DNA of 64,000 bases, from assembly GCA_965223265.1 (NCBI GenBank), contig OZ244999.1:7328001-7392000 (forward strand), read 5' to 3'. Of the stretch, positions 30,541 to 39,442 are shown piece by piece. The first letter of the stretch is position 1; every line of letters starts with the position of its first letter. Both the position numbers and the translations under genes were made by a program. The stretch comes from Planctomycetota bacterium. Its GTDB lineage: Bacteria > Planctomycetota > UBA8108 > SXIK01. The notes under the pieces are model-generated. The model ran no database searches. It worked only from the letters and a program-made list of their open reading frames with translations, and was not told where the DNA came from.

Positions 30541-30622
30541 ACAGCCGGTTGAAAAGTCATGCGGCTGAGACACCGGGCCCCTTCACGCCCAGATCGGCTG
30601 CGATCTTCTTTTCAACGGCGGA
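30541..30622. mobile_element. Degenerate, internally deleted MITE family 2 copy
   Basis: ACAGCCGGTTGAAAAGTCATGCGGCTGAGACACCGG..CTTCACGCCCAGATCGGCTGCG matches the left arm of the 23897 copy, then jumps to TTTTCAACGG. Confidence 0.7.
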
Positions 30623-30769
30623 TTATACCAACCGCGTCGATGGCCTCAACCGCCGCTGATCGACGATGCGTTTACCGATAAAGTCATAGTGGCAACGGCG
30701 CATACCGTCGTGAACCTCGCGAGCGACAGCGAACCACGCAAAGAGACAGCAGATCGAACGCCGCCGGTC

Positions 30770-31864
30770 TCACCCACCGCGGCGCAGCCGGGCGGCCGCG
30801 ACCTCGGGCGGACATGGGTTGAGATAAACTCCAGCGCCGAGCTCAAACCCAGCCAACTGCGCCGTCCGCGGCAGGATCTCGAAGTGCCAGTGAAACGCAC
30901 TAAACTCGTCGACGGAAGCGCTGCGCATGTCAGCAGCCACAGGCGCGCTGTAGAGAATCACGTTGAAGTCAGCCCCCGCGAGTACCGTCTCAAGCCGCCG
31001 ACAACATCCCGAGAGCAGCTGCGCGATCGACTCGAGTTGCTGGTCATCCGTGAGACTGAAGCGGCTCTCGTGAGCCACGGGCATGATCCACTGCTCATAG
31101 GGGAAACGACTGGCGTAGGGGCAGTACGCGATGCAATCGCCGATCGTCGCGATCACTCGTGCGCCGCCGCGCCGTTCATGCTCGACCTCACGACAGAGAA
31201 GACAGTCACCGCGTTCAGCCTGAAAGTGATCAAAGCGCTCACACTGACGCGAGACTAGAGGAGGAATCTTCGTCGCTGCCATGATCTGGGAGTGAGGATG
31301 CTCGATCGTCGCACCCGACAGCAAACCGCAGTTGCGAAAGACCAGCACGTGCTCGATCGTTCCTCGAGCCTCAAGATCGAGCATGCGGTCGCGAAACGCT
31401 GTCAGCACGGCGATCAACTGGGACTGCGAAAAGCTGCGCAGTTGGGCGTTGTGCTCTGGCGTTTCGACCACCACCTCGTGAAAACCTGCGGCAACCGTTT
31501 CTCCCGCAACGACCGCCGTCTGCAAAGGGTTGATAGGCGCCGACGGCGTCGACTCGCCCGTTGATCGATCCCGCGAACTGCGCGACTCGACTTCGCCTGC
31601 GCAAGTGGAGGCACGAAGAGCGGGATACTTGTTGGGTATGACGCGCACGCGCCAGTCGCTACCGCTCCGAGCCTCTCCTGGCACCGTCAACACTGCGTCC
31701 GGCGTCTCCATCTCGCGACCCGGACAGAAGGGGCACAGGCCGCCCGCTTCGCGTGGTGCCAGCAGTTGCCGGACCCGTTCAGCCCCAGGTCGCGTAGCAC
31801 GCTCCGGGGCGACGATTACCCGAGTTTCCAAGAGAGGGTTTTGGCGGTATTCGGGCGGGGCCAT
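30770..31864 (-). CDS. galT: GalT-family nucleotide-sugar transferase (galactose-1-phosphate uridylyltransferase-like)
   Basis: CPFCPGRE, VRVIPNKYPAL, HEVVVETPEH, GATIEHPHSQ, CLLC, HWHFEILPR, AGFELG. Confidence 0.88.
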   Translation of the reverse strand: MAPPEYRQNPLLETRVIVAPERATRPGAERVRQLLAPREAGGLCPFCPGREMETPDAVLTVPGEARSGSDWRVRVIPNKYPALRASTCAGEVESRSSRDRSTGESTPSAPINPLQTAVVAGETVAAGFHEVVVETPEHNAQLRSFSQSQLIAVLTAFRDRMLDLEARGTIEHVLVFRNCGLLSGATIEHPHSQIMAATKIPPLVSRQCERFDHFQAERGDCLLCREVEHERRGGARVIATIGDCIAYCPYASRFPYEQWIMPVAHESRFSLTDDQQLESIAQLLSGCCRRLETVLAGADFNVILYSAPVAADMRSASVDEFSAFHWHFEILPRTAQLAGFELGAGVYLNPCPPEVAAARLRRGG

Positions 31865-32059
31865 GACGATCTCTGAAGTCTCCGGCAATGTCACGCGTAG
31901 CGTCTGGGGCCAGACCACCATGAAGGAGCTCGGCGCTCCAGCTACGCACCTCGGCGCAAGAACCTTGCAAGCTGCGCATCATCAGGCGATAGTCTAGCCT
32001 GGAACCTAACTGAGTATCTACTCAGCATCAGCGAGACAAGTCAGCACTCTCGAGGCTTC

Positions 32060-32533
32060 ATGGTCCATTCGACGCTTCCCGGTCAAAGGCTGTTCACTCT
32101 AGACGAAGCGAACCGAACCTTACCGCTCGTCTCGCGCATTCTCACCGATATCGTTCGTACGTACGGGGAGATCGAGGCGAAGCAAACAGAGGTTCTGCAG
32201 TCCCAGGCAGACGGAGCGATCGAACCCGACGGCGAGAGCGCGGCGGCAGACACCGTTCCCGGTCCCGTGCGCGACAAGATCGCGGAGCTGCAGACATACC
32301 TCAAGGAGTTGTCGAACATTGGCTGCGAGTGCAAGGACTTCGCCGCTGGGCTCGTCGACTTTCCCGCGCGCCTGGAAGAGCGCGTGGTTCTCCTCTGCTG
32401 GAAGCTCGGCGAGCCGCACATCGACCATTGGCACGAGCTCGACGCCGGCTTTGCGGGGCGTCAACCAGTTGCCGATTTGTTCCGCACGGCGAGCGTTTCT
32501 GATCCGAACTCAGGGTCGGACCGCAGCGACTGA
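32060..32533 (+). CDS. DUF2203 family protein
   Basis: FTLDEANRTLPLV...KD...GLVDFP...LCWKLGEP.I.HWH.LDAGFAGRQP. Confidence 0.88.
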   Translation: MVHSTLPGQRLFTLDEANRTLPLVSRILTDIVRTYGEIEAKQTEVLQSQADGAIEPDGESAAADTVPGPVRDKIAELQTYLKELSNIGCECKDFAAGLVDFPARLEERVVLLCWKLGEPHIDHWHELDAGFAGRQPVADLFRTASVSDPNSGSDRSD

Positions 32534-33607
32534 CGCTTCGCCGCCTCGACTCGAGAATCCATCGCGCCCGCGCGGATGGGAATCGCCGCCGGGATGGGAA
32601 TGAGCGCCCGGATCGGCGTCGTCACCGCGATCCCCTTCGGGCTCGTCGTCATGCTCGGAGTTGCCGGCCGGTGTGGACAGCTCGGCACATTGAAGTACGA
32701 GGCGAGCTCGCGATCCGAACTGGCTCAGCCCGTTCGCAGCTGCTGAGCGAAAAGCCCGCCGAGCGCGAGCTCGGTCGCCAAGCTCGAGATAAAAGTAGCC
32801 GAGCGTCCAGAAAAGCTGCTCCCGCCGCGCGCCCTCCGGCAACGCCTTAGCGCATTCAGCCTCGAGACGGGCCGCGGCCGCCTCAGTCTGGCCTTGTCGG
32901 CGGAGCGTCCGCGCGTGATCAAGGGAGATCGCGATCGCCGTGTCGCGCTCCCCATCGGCTCCGATCGCCTCACGAGCCTGCGTCAGGAGTCGGTCTGCGT
33001 TCAGGTCGCGACCACTCTCGATGGCATGACGACCGAGGAGCTGGAGGGCGTGAGCACGCCGCGGTGCGAGAGAAGTCCCAGTCAACGAGTCGCCACGAGA
33101 TACGAACCGCCGGAGCGCCGCGCCCGCCTTGAAATACTCGCCTCGTTGGTGATGCAAACGGCCGAGCCAGTAGTTCGTCTTCGGCGCGCCAAGCTCGCTG
33201 GAGTTCTCTGCAGCTTGAAGAACCCCGCGCAGCGTCGCTGCAGTCTGCTGCAGCTCGGCGTCGAGGTGAAAACGCCCCACCTCCTCGCCTGACGCACGCA
33301 GCACGACGCACGTTGGCAGGCGCCTGAGGGAGAAACGCTGGCGCAGCGACGGCGACGCATCGACCGAGAGGCAAACCGTCTTCGCCGCTCTGGTTGCTGC
33401 AGCCCAAGCATCACTGCGAAGACAACGCTCGAGCGACATCGATTCAGCGCGGTCAGATCCAGTGAACCAGAGACACAGATAGGGCTCCGGGCCCAGAGTG
33501 CCGAGCGCGTCGACGACCGGATCCGCGCGCGCCGTCGAGCTGCAAAACGTCGACACTACGGCGGCGAGCGCAGCGGTGCGCAGGGTGGCGAAGGCTTCTT
33601 CTCTCAT
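32510..33607 (-). CDS. Exported thioredoxin-like (no CxxC) plus TPR protein
   Basis: Signal peptide ending ARA-D; F.LRRLPTCVVL...GEEVGR; TPR-like helices. Confidence 0.6.
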   Translation of the reverse strand: MREEAFATLRTAALAAVVSTFCSSTARADPVVDALGTLGPEPYLCLWFTGSDRAESMSLERCLRSDAWAAATRAAKTVCLSVDASPSLRQRFSLRRLPTCVVLRASGEEVGRFHLDAELQQTAATLRGVLQAAENSSELGAPKTNYWLGRLHHQRGEYFKAGAALRRFVSRGDSLTGTSLAPRRAHALQLLGRHAIESGRDLNADRLLTQAREAIGADGERDTAIAISLDHARTLRRQGQTEAAAARLEAECAKALPEGARREQLFWTLGYFYLELGDRARARRAFRSAAANGLSQFGSRARLVLQCAELSTPAGNSEHDDEPEGDRGDDADPGAHSHPGGDSHPRGRDGFSSRGGEASVAAVRP

Positions 33608-33875
33608 CGCCAAAAAATACACGAAAGGCCCACATCCGTCGACTTCTCGCGTCCACCCCCAAGCCCGCGCAAGCTCCTAACAAGTTCGCCTGGAAGGACT
33701 TCGACGAATCAGGCTAGCCACCGCCCAACCGACCCCGGCGCTTCGCACCTGCCAACCGCACCGGGTCACGTTACCGTCTTCCGTCTCGTTCCCTCGCTCT
33801 TTTCGCGGTCTTCTTCTCGTCTTCTTCTTCTTTTCTAAGGGGCGTCGGACGACGCGCTCGCGGCAGGCTAAGCTA

Positions 33876-34054
33876 ACAGCCCGCCTGAAAAAATCATTCG
33901 GCCGAGAAACCGGCCTCTTCGCGCCCAGCTCGACCGCGTCAATACTCGCCGTATACCTTATAGAAGAGGGCTCGGAGATTACCTGCGTTTGCCGCGGCCG
34001 ATCTGGACGCGAAGAGACCAGTTTTCGGCTCGAAGCACTTTTCAGGCAGGCTGC
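33876..34054. mobile_element. MITE family 2, copy B (inverted relative to copy A)
   Basis: TA-ACAGCCCGCCTGAAAAAAT...CTTTTCAGGCAGGCTGC-TA. Confidence 0.85.
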
Positions 34055-34056
34055 TA

Positions 34057-34311
34057 ACTCGAGTTTGGCCATTTCGCGTCGAGCCTGCCAGCGCCAGGAG
34101 CGTCGAGGCCAAGGAGCGACGACAACGCGATCCCGCTCGGGTCGTGGCGGAGGACGGGCGCAGGCATCGGCGCTCCTGGCGTTCCCCGAAGGGCCGGACA
34201 GGAGTTTTTGAACATGCACAAGGGTTCTCAGGGTACTAAAAAGTCGAAAGGGCCTTTGAATTCCCGCGAAACTCGTCCGGCCAGGCCGGCGCGAAATGGC
34301 CAAACTCGAGG
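34057..34311. mobile_element. MITE family 1, copy B (inverted relative to copy A)
   Basis: TIR CTCGAGTTTGGCCATTTCGCG/CGCGAAATGGCCAAACTCGAG; 255 bp. Confidence 0.85.
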
Positions 34312-34447
34312 CTAAGTATGTTCAACGAATGACCAACAAAGGCAGGAACTTTTCCGCCTGCCGTCATTCGACAGTCAGCGGTAGCTTTGCCTACCACCCT
34401 CCTCCGTGTAGGGCACGTCGTACAAACGACGTACAAAGCGAGCGCGA

Positions 34448-34504
34448 ACTATACCGCCACCGTGCGGAGAGCGTCAATCGAATCCTCGCATAAGAAATCC
34501 TTAT
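34448..34504 (-). promoter_or_regulatory. Sigma70-like promoter with an upstream LysR-type box
   Basis: Minus strand: ATAAG-gattt-CTTAT, 12 nt, then TTGACG-N18-TATAGT. Confidence 0.55.
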
Positions 34505-34508
34505 CGCC

Positions 34509-35441
34509 TCATGCGCTCGGCTCTTGGTACTCCTTCGGCGTGACCCCGCGCTCGCTCATCTGCTTGAGCAGAAGCAGCGTCGCGGCCCAGTAGATCAAGC
34601 GCTGCTCGCGCCGCACCGACGGCAGCAGCCGCGTGCGATCGTGGATGGTGACGCGAACTGCGTCATCACACTCGAGAAGGGTCCACTCGACCTCGCCATC
34701 GCCACCGTCTTGCCAGATCCAATCGTGGACCAACCGACTTTCGGACACCGAAGCGACGATCCGGCTCGGCCCGAACGCCCGCGCGCCCTCGGCGCCAAAA
34801 CGGAAACCGCCATGAGCATCCGCTTCAGCGTCGTCCGACCACCAGCGCCGTAGCTGATCCGTCTCCGTCAACTTGCTCCAGATCACCCACGGAAATGTCG
34901 TCACATCGACTTCAAGCTTCAAAGCCGTGCTGTCGACGATCTGCCCGTCGAGGAGCAGTGCAGGGCGACCGGTCTCGAGATAAGTTCTCAGATTCGGGAG
35001 TGCGACCCACCACCAGTTCGGTGCGTCCGAGTCACTGAACAACCCATGAGGTCGTTCTTGAGCGGTTTGTGTCACCAGTAGCTCGGTCTGCTCCATCACT
35101 GTCGAAATCTCGTAGGACACCTCGGTGTCGACGCCGTCGACGAACCATGCGAATCGCAGTCTCTGGCCTTCTTGGCACTCTATGATTTCGAAATCTTGCC
35201 TGCGTGACTCTCTCTCCGGCGACTCCGCTGAGCGCCGGAGTACCGCCGGTGGAGCAAAGCGGTAGCACCCCCCTTGGCGGAGATCGACCTCGGCCTTCGA
35301 ACTCCACCACCGGCAGAGTTCTTCCGGAACAGTGAGCGCCTTCCAAACGCGCTGCGGCTGAATCGGAACAATCTCTTTGCGCTGCACGCTCCACGGTGCT
35401 CGTGGAGCACCGAATCGTGTCAGCTGAACAAAGTTCTCCAC
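34509..35441 (-). CDS. Tandem SRPBCC/AHSA1 (START-like) domain protein
   Basis: Two repeats, VWKALT.PEEL.RWW and IWSKLT..DQL.RWW; GTG start 4 nt after the pus10 stop, with GGGAG RBS. Confidence 0.78.
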   Translation of the reverse strand: MENFVQLTRFGAPRAPWSVQRKEIVPIQPQRVWKALTVPEELCRWWSSKAEVDLRQGGCYRFAPPAVLRRSAESPERESRRQDFEIIECQEGQRLRFAWFVDGVDTEVSYEISTVMEQTELLVTQTAQERPHGLFSDSDAPNWWWVALPNLRTYLETGRPALLLDGQIVDSTALKLEVDVTTFPWVIWSKLTETDQLRRWWSDDAEADAHGGFRFGAEGARAFGPSRIVASVSESRLVHDWIWQDGGDGEVEWTLLECDDAVRVTIHDRTRLLPSVRREQRLIYWAATLLLLKQMSERGVTPKEYQEPSA

Positions 35442-35445
35442 GTCG

Positions 35446-36501
35446 TTACTCCCAAGGCGGCTGCCACTGAACAGCCAAGACGTCGAGGGCGACACAATCG
35501 CACGGAATCTCAAGCGCAGTGCTGACTGAAGGGCTCGTGCGTCCGCGATCGCCGCTGATAAGTTCTTTGATGTACATTCCAGACTCGACACCAACTTCCC
35601 AGATGCCCTCGTACGGCGTGTTGCCGAGCCACCTCGACAGCTCGATGCGTCGTCGCCTTTCAACGTTTTCGCCTCGGCGCTTCATCACGCGCGCCGGCGA
35701 CAGCTGACGCACGCACGCGGAGGTGAGAGACTCAACCCGCCGCGCAGCGTCCGTCGGCGGGGAAGCGCCGAATCGAATCCATGCCCGGTACCGTTTGACG
35801 GCACGGGCTTCTTTGAGCGCACGAACCACCTGACGCCTCACCGGCACAAGTCCGAAGATTTCCGCCGTGCCGTGTGCCGCCGCGTTCACCGCGCGAGTCA
35901 ACGCATCGAGATCGAGTGTGCGCCGGTGGGGATCACGCACCTCCACGACAAACGGACGCCCATCTCCAAGCATTCGCACGTCCGTGTCCTCACGACCGAG
36001 AGCGTGAAAAAACAGTTCGCTGCCGGAAACCGCAGCGAGGAGCTGATCGCGCAGCAGCTCTTCGACGCTCGGGCCGCAGATCGTCCCCGTGTGACCGCAG
36101 CTCTCACAGCCGCGACCACGACAAAAGTGATGGACCCAGCGGCTCGCCGAAAGCCGACGAGACATCTTGCGATAGCGTCCGGCGATGAAGATCGGCGCTC
36201 GCGTCACTTCGATCCGCATGTCGTCATCGAGGTCGATGCGGACATCAGGTGTGCGGAAATCGACCACGAGACCGGGCCGCCGCGCCTCGATGAGTCGACC
36301 GAGAAGGATCTTGAGATCGCGGTACTTCGATTCGTGTTCCTCCCGAGTCGGTGCGCTCAGACGCCGAAACCCGAGGACAAAGCTGCGACACTGCGAACCT
36401 CGGAGAGCGTCGAGGATTCTTTCAGCCACGGACGCGACGTCAACGTCGTGCATCGCATCCTTGCCGTCGATTCTCTTCGCTGCATCGAGATCTTCACTCA
36501 T
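35446..36501 (-). CDS. pus10: tRNA pseudouridine(54/55) synthase Pus10-like protein
   Basis: GRYRKMSR, CRGRGCESC, SVEEL, FHALGREDTDVRMLGDGRPFVVEV, KRYRA, QLSPARVMKRR, GMYIKELISGDRGRTSPS, LDVL. Confidence 0.9.
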   Translation of the reverse strand: MSEDLDAAKRIDGKDAMHDVDVASVAERILDALRGSQCRSFVLGFRRLSAPTREEHESKYRDLKILLGRLIEARRPGLVVDFRTPDVRIDLDDDMRIEVTRAPIFIAGRYRKMSRRLSASRWVHHFCRGRGCESCGHTGTICGPSVEELLRDQLLAAVSGSELFFHALGREDTDVRMLGDGRPFVVEVRDPHRRTLDLDALTRAVNAAAHGTAEIFGLVPVRRQVVRALKEARAVKRYRAWIRFGASPPTDAARRVESLTSACVRQLSPARVMKRRGENVERRRRIELSRWLGNTPYEGIWEVGVESGMYIKELISGDRGRTSPSVSTALEIPCDCVALDVLAVQWQPPWE

Positions 36502-36689
36502 GTTTGACCTCGAGACCGTTTTTTGCCGTACGGAAACTATAGTTCACGGGAACGCTCGAACACGTCGTCGATTCACATGACACCGACATAGATTTCAACG
36601 GCGCTTCATGGTATCACTGCCAGCCGGTGGGTGCGCGAAGGGAAGTGCTTTTCTCAATCATTCCAGACAAAGAAGTGTGAGAGGATGCC

Positions 36690-37655
36690 ATGGGTCGCAT
36701 GTCTCTTCCCATCGAAACTCCGATGGGTGTTGCCGCTGGAGAATTGACTCTCAAGAATCGCCACCTCGAACTGACGATTCGTCCGGATCTTGGGTGTCAC
36801 TGGTCGCAGTTGAAGGTGTCGGCGAAGGGCCAGTGGCACGAGCTGCTCGTGCCCGCGGAACCGACGTCAAAAGGGGGCCTACGCTACGGCTCTTTTGTGA
36901 TGGCGCCCTGGTCGAATCGTATCGAGCGCGCCAGGTTTCAGTTTGCCGGCGAGTCATATCGTCTGCGTGCCAATCGTGACGACAGCACAGCAATTCACGG
37001 CGACGTCCGCTCGCGACCCTGGGAGGTCGAGAACTTCGATGGGCAGACGTTTGTCGCGACGCTCGACTCAGCTGGATTTGAAGACTTCAACTTCCCCTTC
37101 AGCGTCTCTTTCCGCTATGAACTCGAGCTGGCGCGCGAATGCATTCGCACGCGATTCACGATGGAAAACCGAGACGAGAGGGCCATACCGCTCGGTTGCG
37201 GTTTCCATCCATTCTTCCGTCGTCGTCTCTCGTCGCGTGACCGCGACGTCATCGTCGTGCTGCCGGCGCGGCGCGTCTACCCCCTCCGCAACTGCTTGCC
37301 GACCGGCGCCGCTGTCGAAGTGAGCGACCAGCGGGACCTCAGCAGCCTTGCTCCCCTCGGGAATCGAGACCTCGACGACTGTTTCACCGACTTTGAGACC
37401 GGGACTTTCCGACTCTTCTACCCGGGCACTGGGCTTGAGGTGCGCCTCGACGTCGATCCGGCGTTCGGCCATGCCGTGGTCTACGCACCACCCCACTCGA
37501 CGACCGGTTCGGGATTCGTTGCCGTCGAGCCGGTCAGTCACGTGACCAACGGCGTCAATCTGCTCGCCTCCGGCTGGAAAGACACCGGTGTTGCCGTCAT
37601 CGATCCCGGCGCCACCTGGAGCGGCAGTTGGGCTCTCTCTGTCGGCGACATATAA
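36690..37655 (+). CDS. Aldose 1-epimerase family protein
   Basis: PWSNRI, AIHG, GFHPFF, LDDCF, VAVEPVS. Confidence 0.9.
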   Translation: MGRMSLPIETPMGVAAGELTLKNRHLELTIRPDLGCHWSQLKVSAKGQWHELLVPAEPTSKGGLRYGSFVMAPWSNRIERARFQFAGESYRLRANRDDSTAIHGDVRSRPWEVENFDGQTFVATLDSAGFEDFNFPFSVSFRYELELARECIRTRFTMENRDERAIPLGCGFHPFFRRRLSSRDRDVIVVLPARRVYPLRNCLPTGAAVEVSDQRDLSSLAPLGNRDLDDCFTDFETGTFRLFYPGTGLEVRLDVDPAFGHAVVYAPPHSTTGSGFVAVEPVSHVTNGVNLLASGWKDTGVAVIDPGATWSGSWALSVGDI

Positions 37656-37823
37656 CGACATGCAGAAGGCACACGCGGCTTGACAGCCTGTTGAGTTGAG
37701 TCCGGCCACATTCGGCGTTGTCGGAAGGAGTCAGAGCTGGAAGCTCCGGGCACTCCGTGGCGAAGCCGCCGCTTGGACGTTTCGGAAAACTCAAAAGAAG
37801 TCCGAAAAAGTCGATTTCTTGCT

Positions 37824-37850
37824 CAAGGGCTGGCGCGAACCAGTCGATAA
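37824..37850 (+). promoter_or_regulatory. Sigma28/FliA-like promoter motif (CAAG-N15-GTCGATAA)
   Basis: Resembles the sigma28 consensus; no convincing gene follows on the plus strand. Confidence 0.4.
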
Positions 37851-38101
37851 CACCAACGCGAAGCCCAAAACTGAGGAGTGAGGGCCTCGCTCGAAAGCCT
37901 TTAGAGCAGAAGTGATGAGACACGCCGGGCGGGTCGTCCGGCGGCAGAAGAGCGAAGCCCGCGGCAAAACGTCGCGGGCGTCTCTCTTGAACGCGAGAGA
38001 CGCAGGGGGTTGCAGCCGCCGCGATGGCTGTGCTCTTGGTGCGACAGCTCCGTCCACGCCGCCGACTAGCCAGAGGCGCCCACCCCAGAGGCTGCTCGCC
38101 G

Positions 38102-38362
38102 TTAGGAGGGGTCGACCGCACCGTCCCACGCGAGCGGAAAGCGCATGAGCTCCTTCCACTCGATCGTCGCGCGACCGACAAGCTCCAGCTTGCCGACAAG
38201 GCTGCGCCCCGTCACTGGGTGGAAGAGAGCGTTGATCTTCTCCCAGCGGGCGTCGGTCGGGCGCAGGGGAAGTGGCTCATCAAAGCCATGGTCCGAGCCG
38301 TCGAGGTAGGGCCGAAAGTCGGCGATTTGTCCATCTGGGGTTTCGTAGATATAGAGTTCCAT
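38102..38362 (-). CDS. Small hypothetical protein (86 aa)
   Basis: Protein-like composition (MELYIYETPDGQIADFRPY...), unlike the Arg/Pro-rich shadow frames. Confidence 0.55.
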   Translation of the reverse strand: MELYIYETPDGQIADFRPYLDGSDHGFDEPLPLRPTDARWEKINALFHPVTGRSLVGKLELVGRATIEWKELMRFPLAWDGAVDPS

Positions 38363-38568
38363 CGCTGTTCGCTCTTGCGGGCGTCGTGGTTAGACGGATC
38401 ACGGCACGCGGCGGCGGCCGTAGGTCGAGGCGAAATCCTACCTCAATGTCGCCCAAAAATGGCGCGCAAAAAACGCTGCTGCGCGCATCGACTGACGCGC
38501 CGACATGCTGGCGACGGGGCAGACGCGATCGGACTCGGTGCCCGGGCAGCCGGGCCGCTTCTCGCAGA

Positions 38569-38841
38569 CTAACGCCGCTGACGCACCACGCGCCGCCCAT
38601 TGCGGCCAAGCCGTTCCCGGCGTGCCGGTGCGGCGCGAGCCTGTGGAGTTCTTTCGGCCGGCGCCACAGTTGGCGGACGCGTCGTGTGCGCGCGAGGCTC
38701 CGACTGAGCGTACGCCGGCGCATCCCCGCCGCCGATCATGCCCAGCGCCAAGCACGAGAAAAGAAAGAGCGCCAGAGCGTTCACCATGCTGAACGTCACC
38801 ACCCGATGGGCGAGAGTCCAGTCGCGAAGTTTCGAAAACAT
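38569..38841 (-). CDS. Small membrane or secreted protein (90 aa) with basic tail
   Basis: Strong RBS GAGGAGG before ATG; TM segment VVTFSMVNALALFLFSCLALGMIG. Confidence 0.6.
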   Translation of the reverse strand: MFSKLRDWTLAHRVVTFSMVNALALFLFSCLALGMIGGGDAPAYAQSEPRAHTTRPPTVAPAERTPQARAAPARRERLGRNGRRVVRQRR

Positions 38842-39442
38842 TCGAGAGCCCTCCTCTTCCCCCTGAGCGGTTCGGTTTCTCCGCCGAGCGACTGCCTCGA
38901 CAGGCCGCTGCAGGGCCAGAAAAGTATAGGAGGGAGAAGCCCGGCCGACAAACTCGGCCCTGTCAGAGAGTCGGCCTCGAATCACAACCCCTTGCGTCCC
39001 AAAGTGTTGCGCTTGTGGCGCACTGGCGTTGTAGCGTTGTCCACACCTGGGACACTCTGGTCACGTGACCAGTCATGACGAACACGGTTCGGACCACCCA
39101 CAGGTCCGACCACGCAGTCCCGTCGGGCGGGTGCCCTGGAGGAGCGTGTGGTGAGCCTTTGGAGAACCGAGACGCAGGGCTCACGCGTCGCTCTCTTCTC
39201 TTTTCGCGGCGCTCCGCACTGCCGCGGTCTCTGCGCCGGCCCGGGCCTCGGCCCCTCCGGATTCCGTTCCGTCTCACGGGACAAGCCGCTGCCGCACCGA
39301 ACGCCTTGCCGACACTGGCGCCGCCCCCACAAAACAGCGACACTGGTAGGATTCCTCCAAAATGCAAACACGCGCCCGTAGCCAGCGGCCGCGTCGAGGC
39401 GAACGGGCAAGAAAGGGCCCGCAGACCCAAACCCACCGACAC

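Noticed and set aside
34236-34436. 66-aa ORF MYVVCTTC... as a Cys-sensing leader peptide
   Set aside because: TTG start without an RBS, runs into the MITE, and no attenuator U-tract; kept only as part of the sRNA candidate
39037-39045. TTGTCCACA DnaA-box-like 9-mer
   Set aside because: Single copy, with no box cluster, AT-rich unwinding element or dnaA nearby
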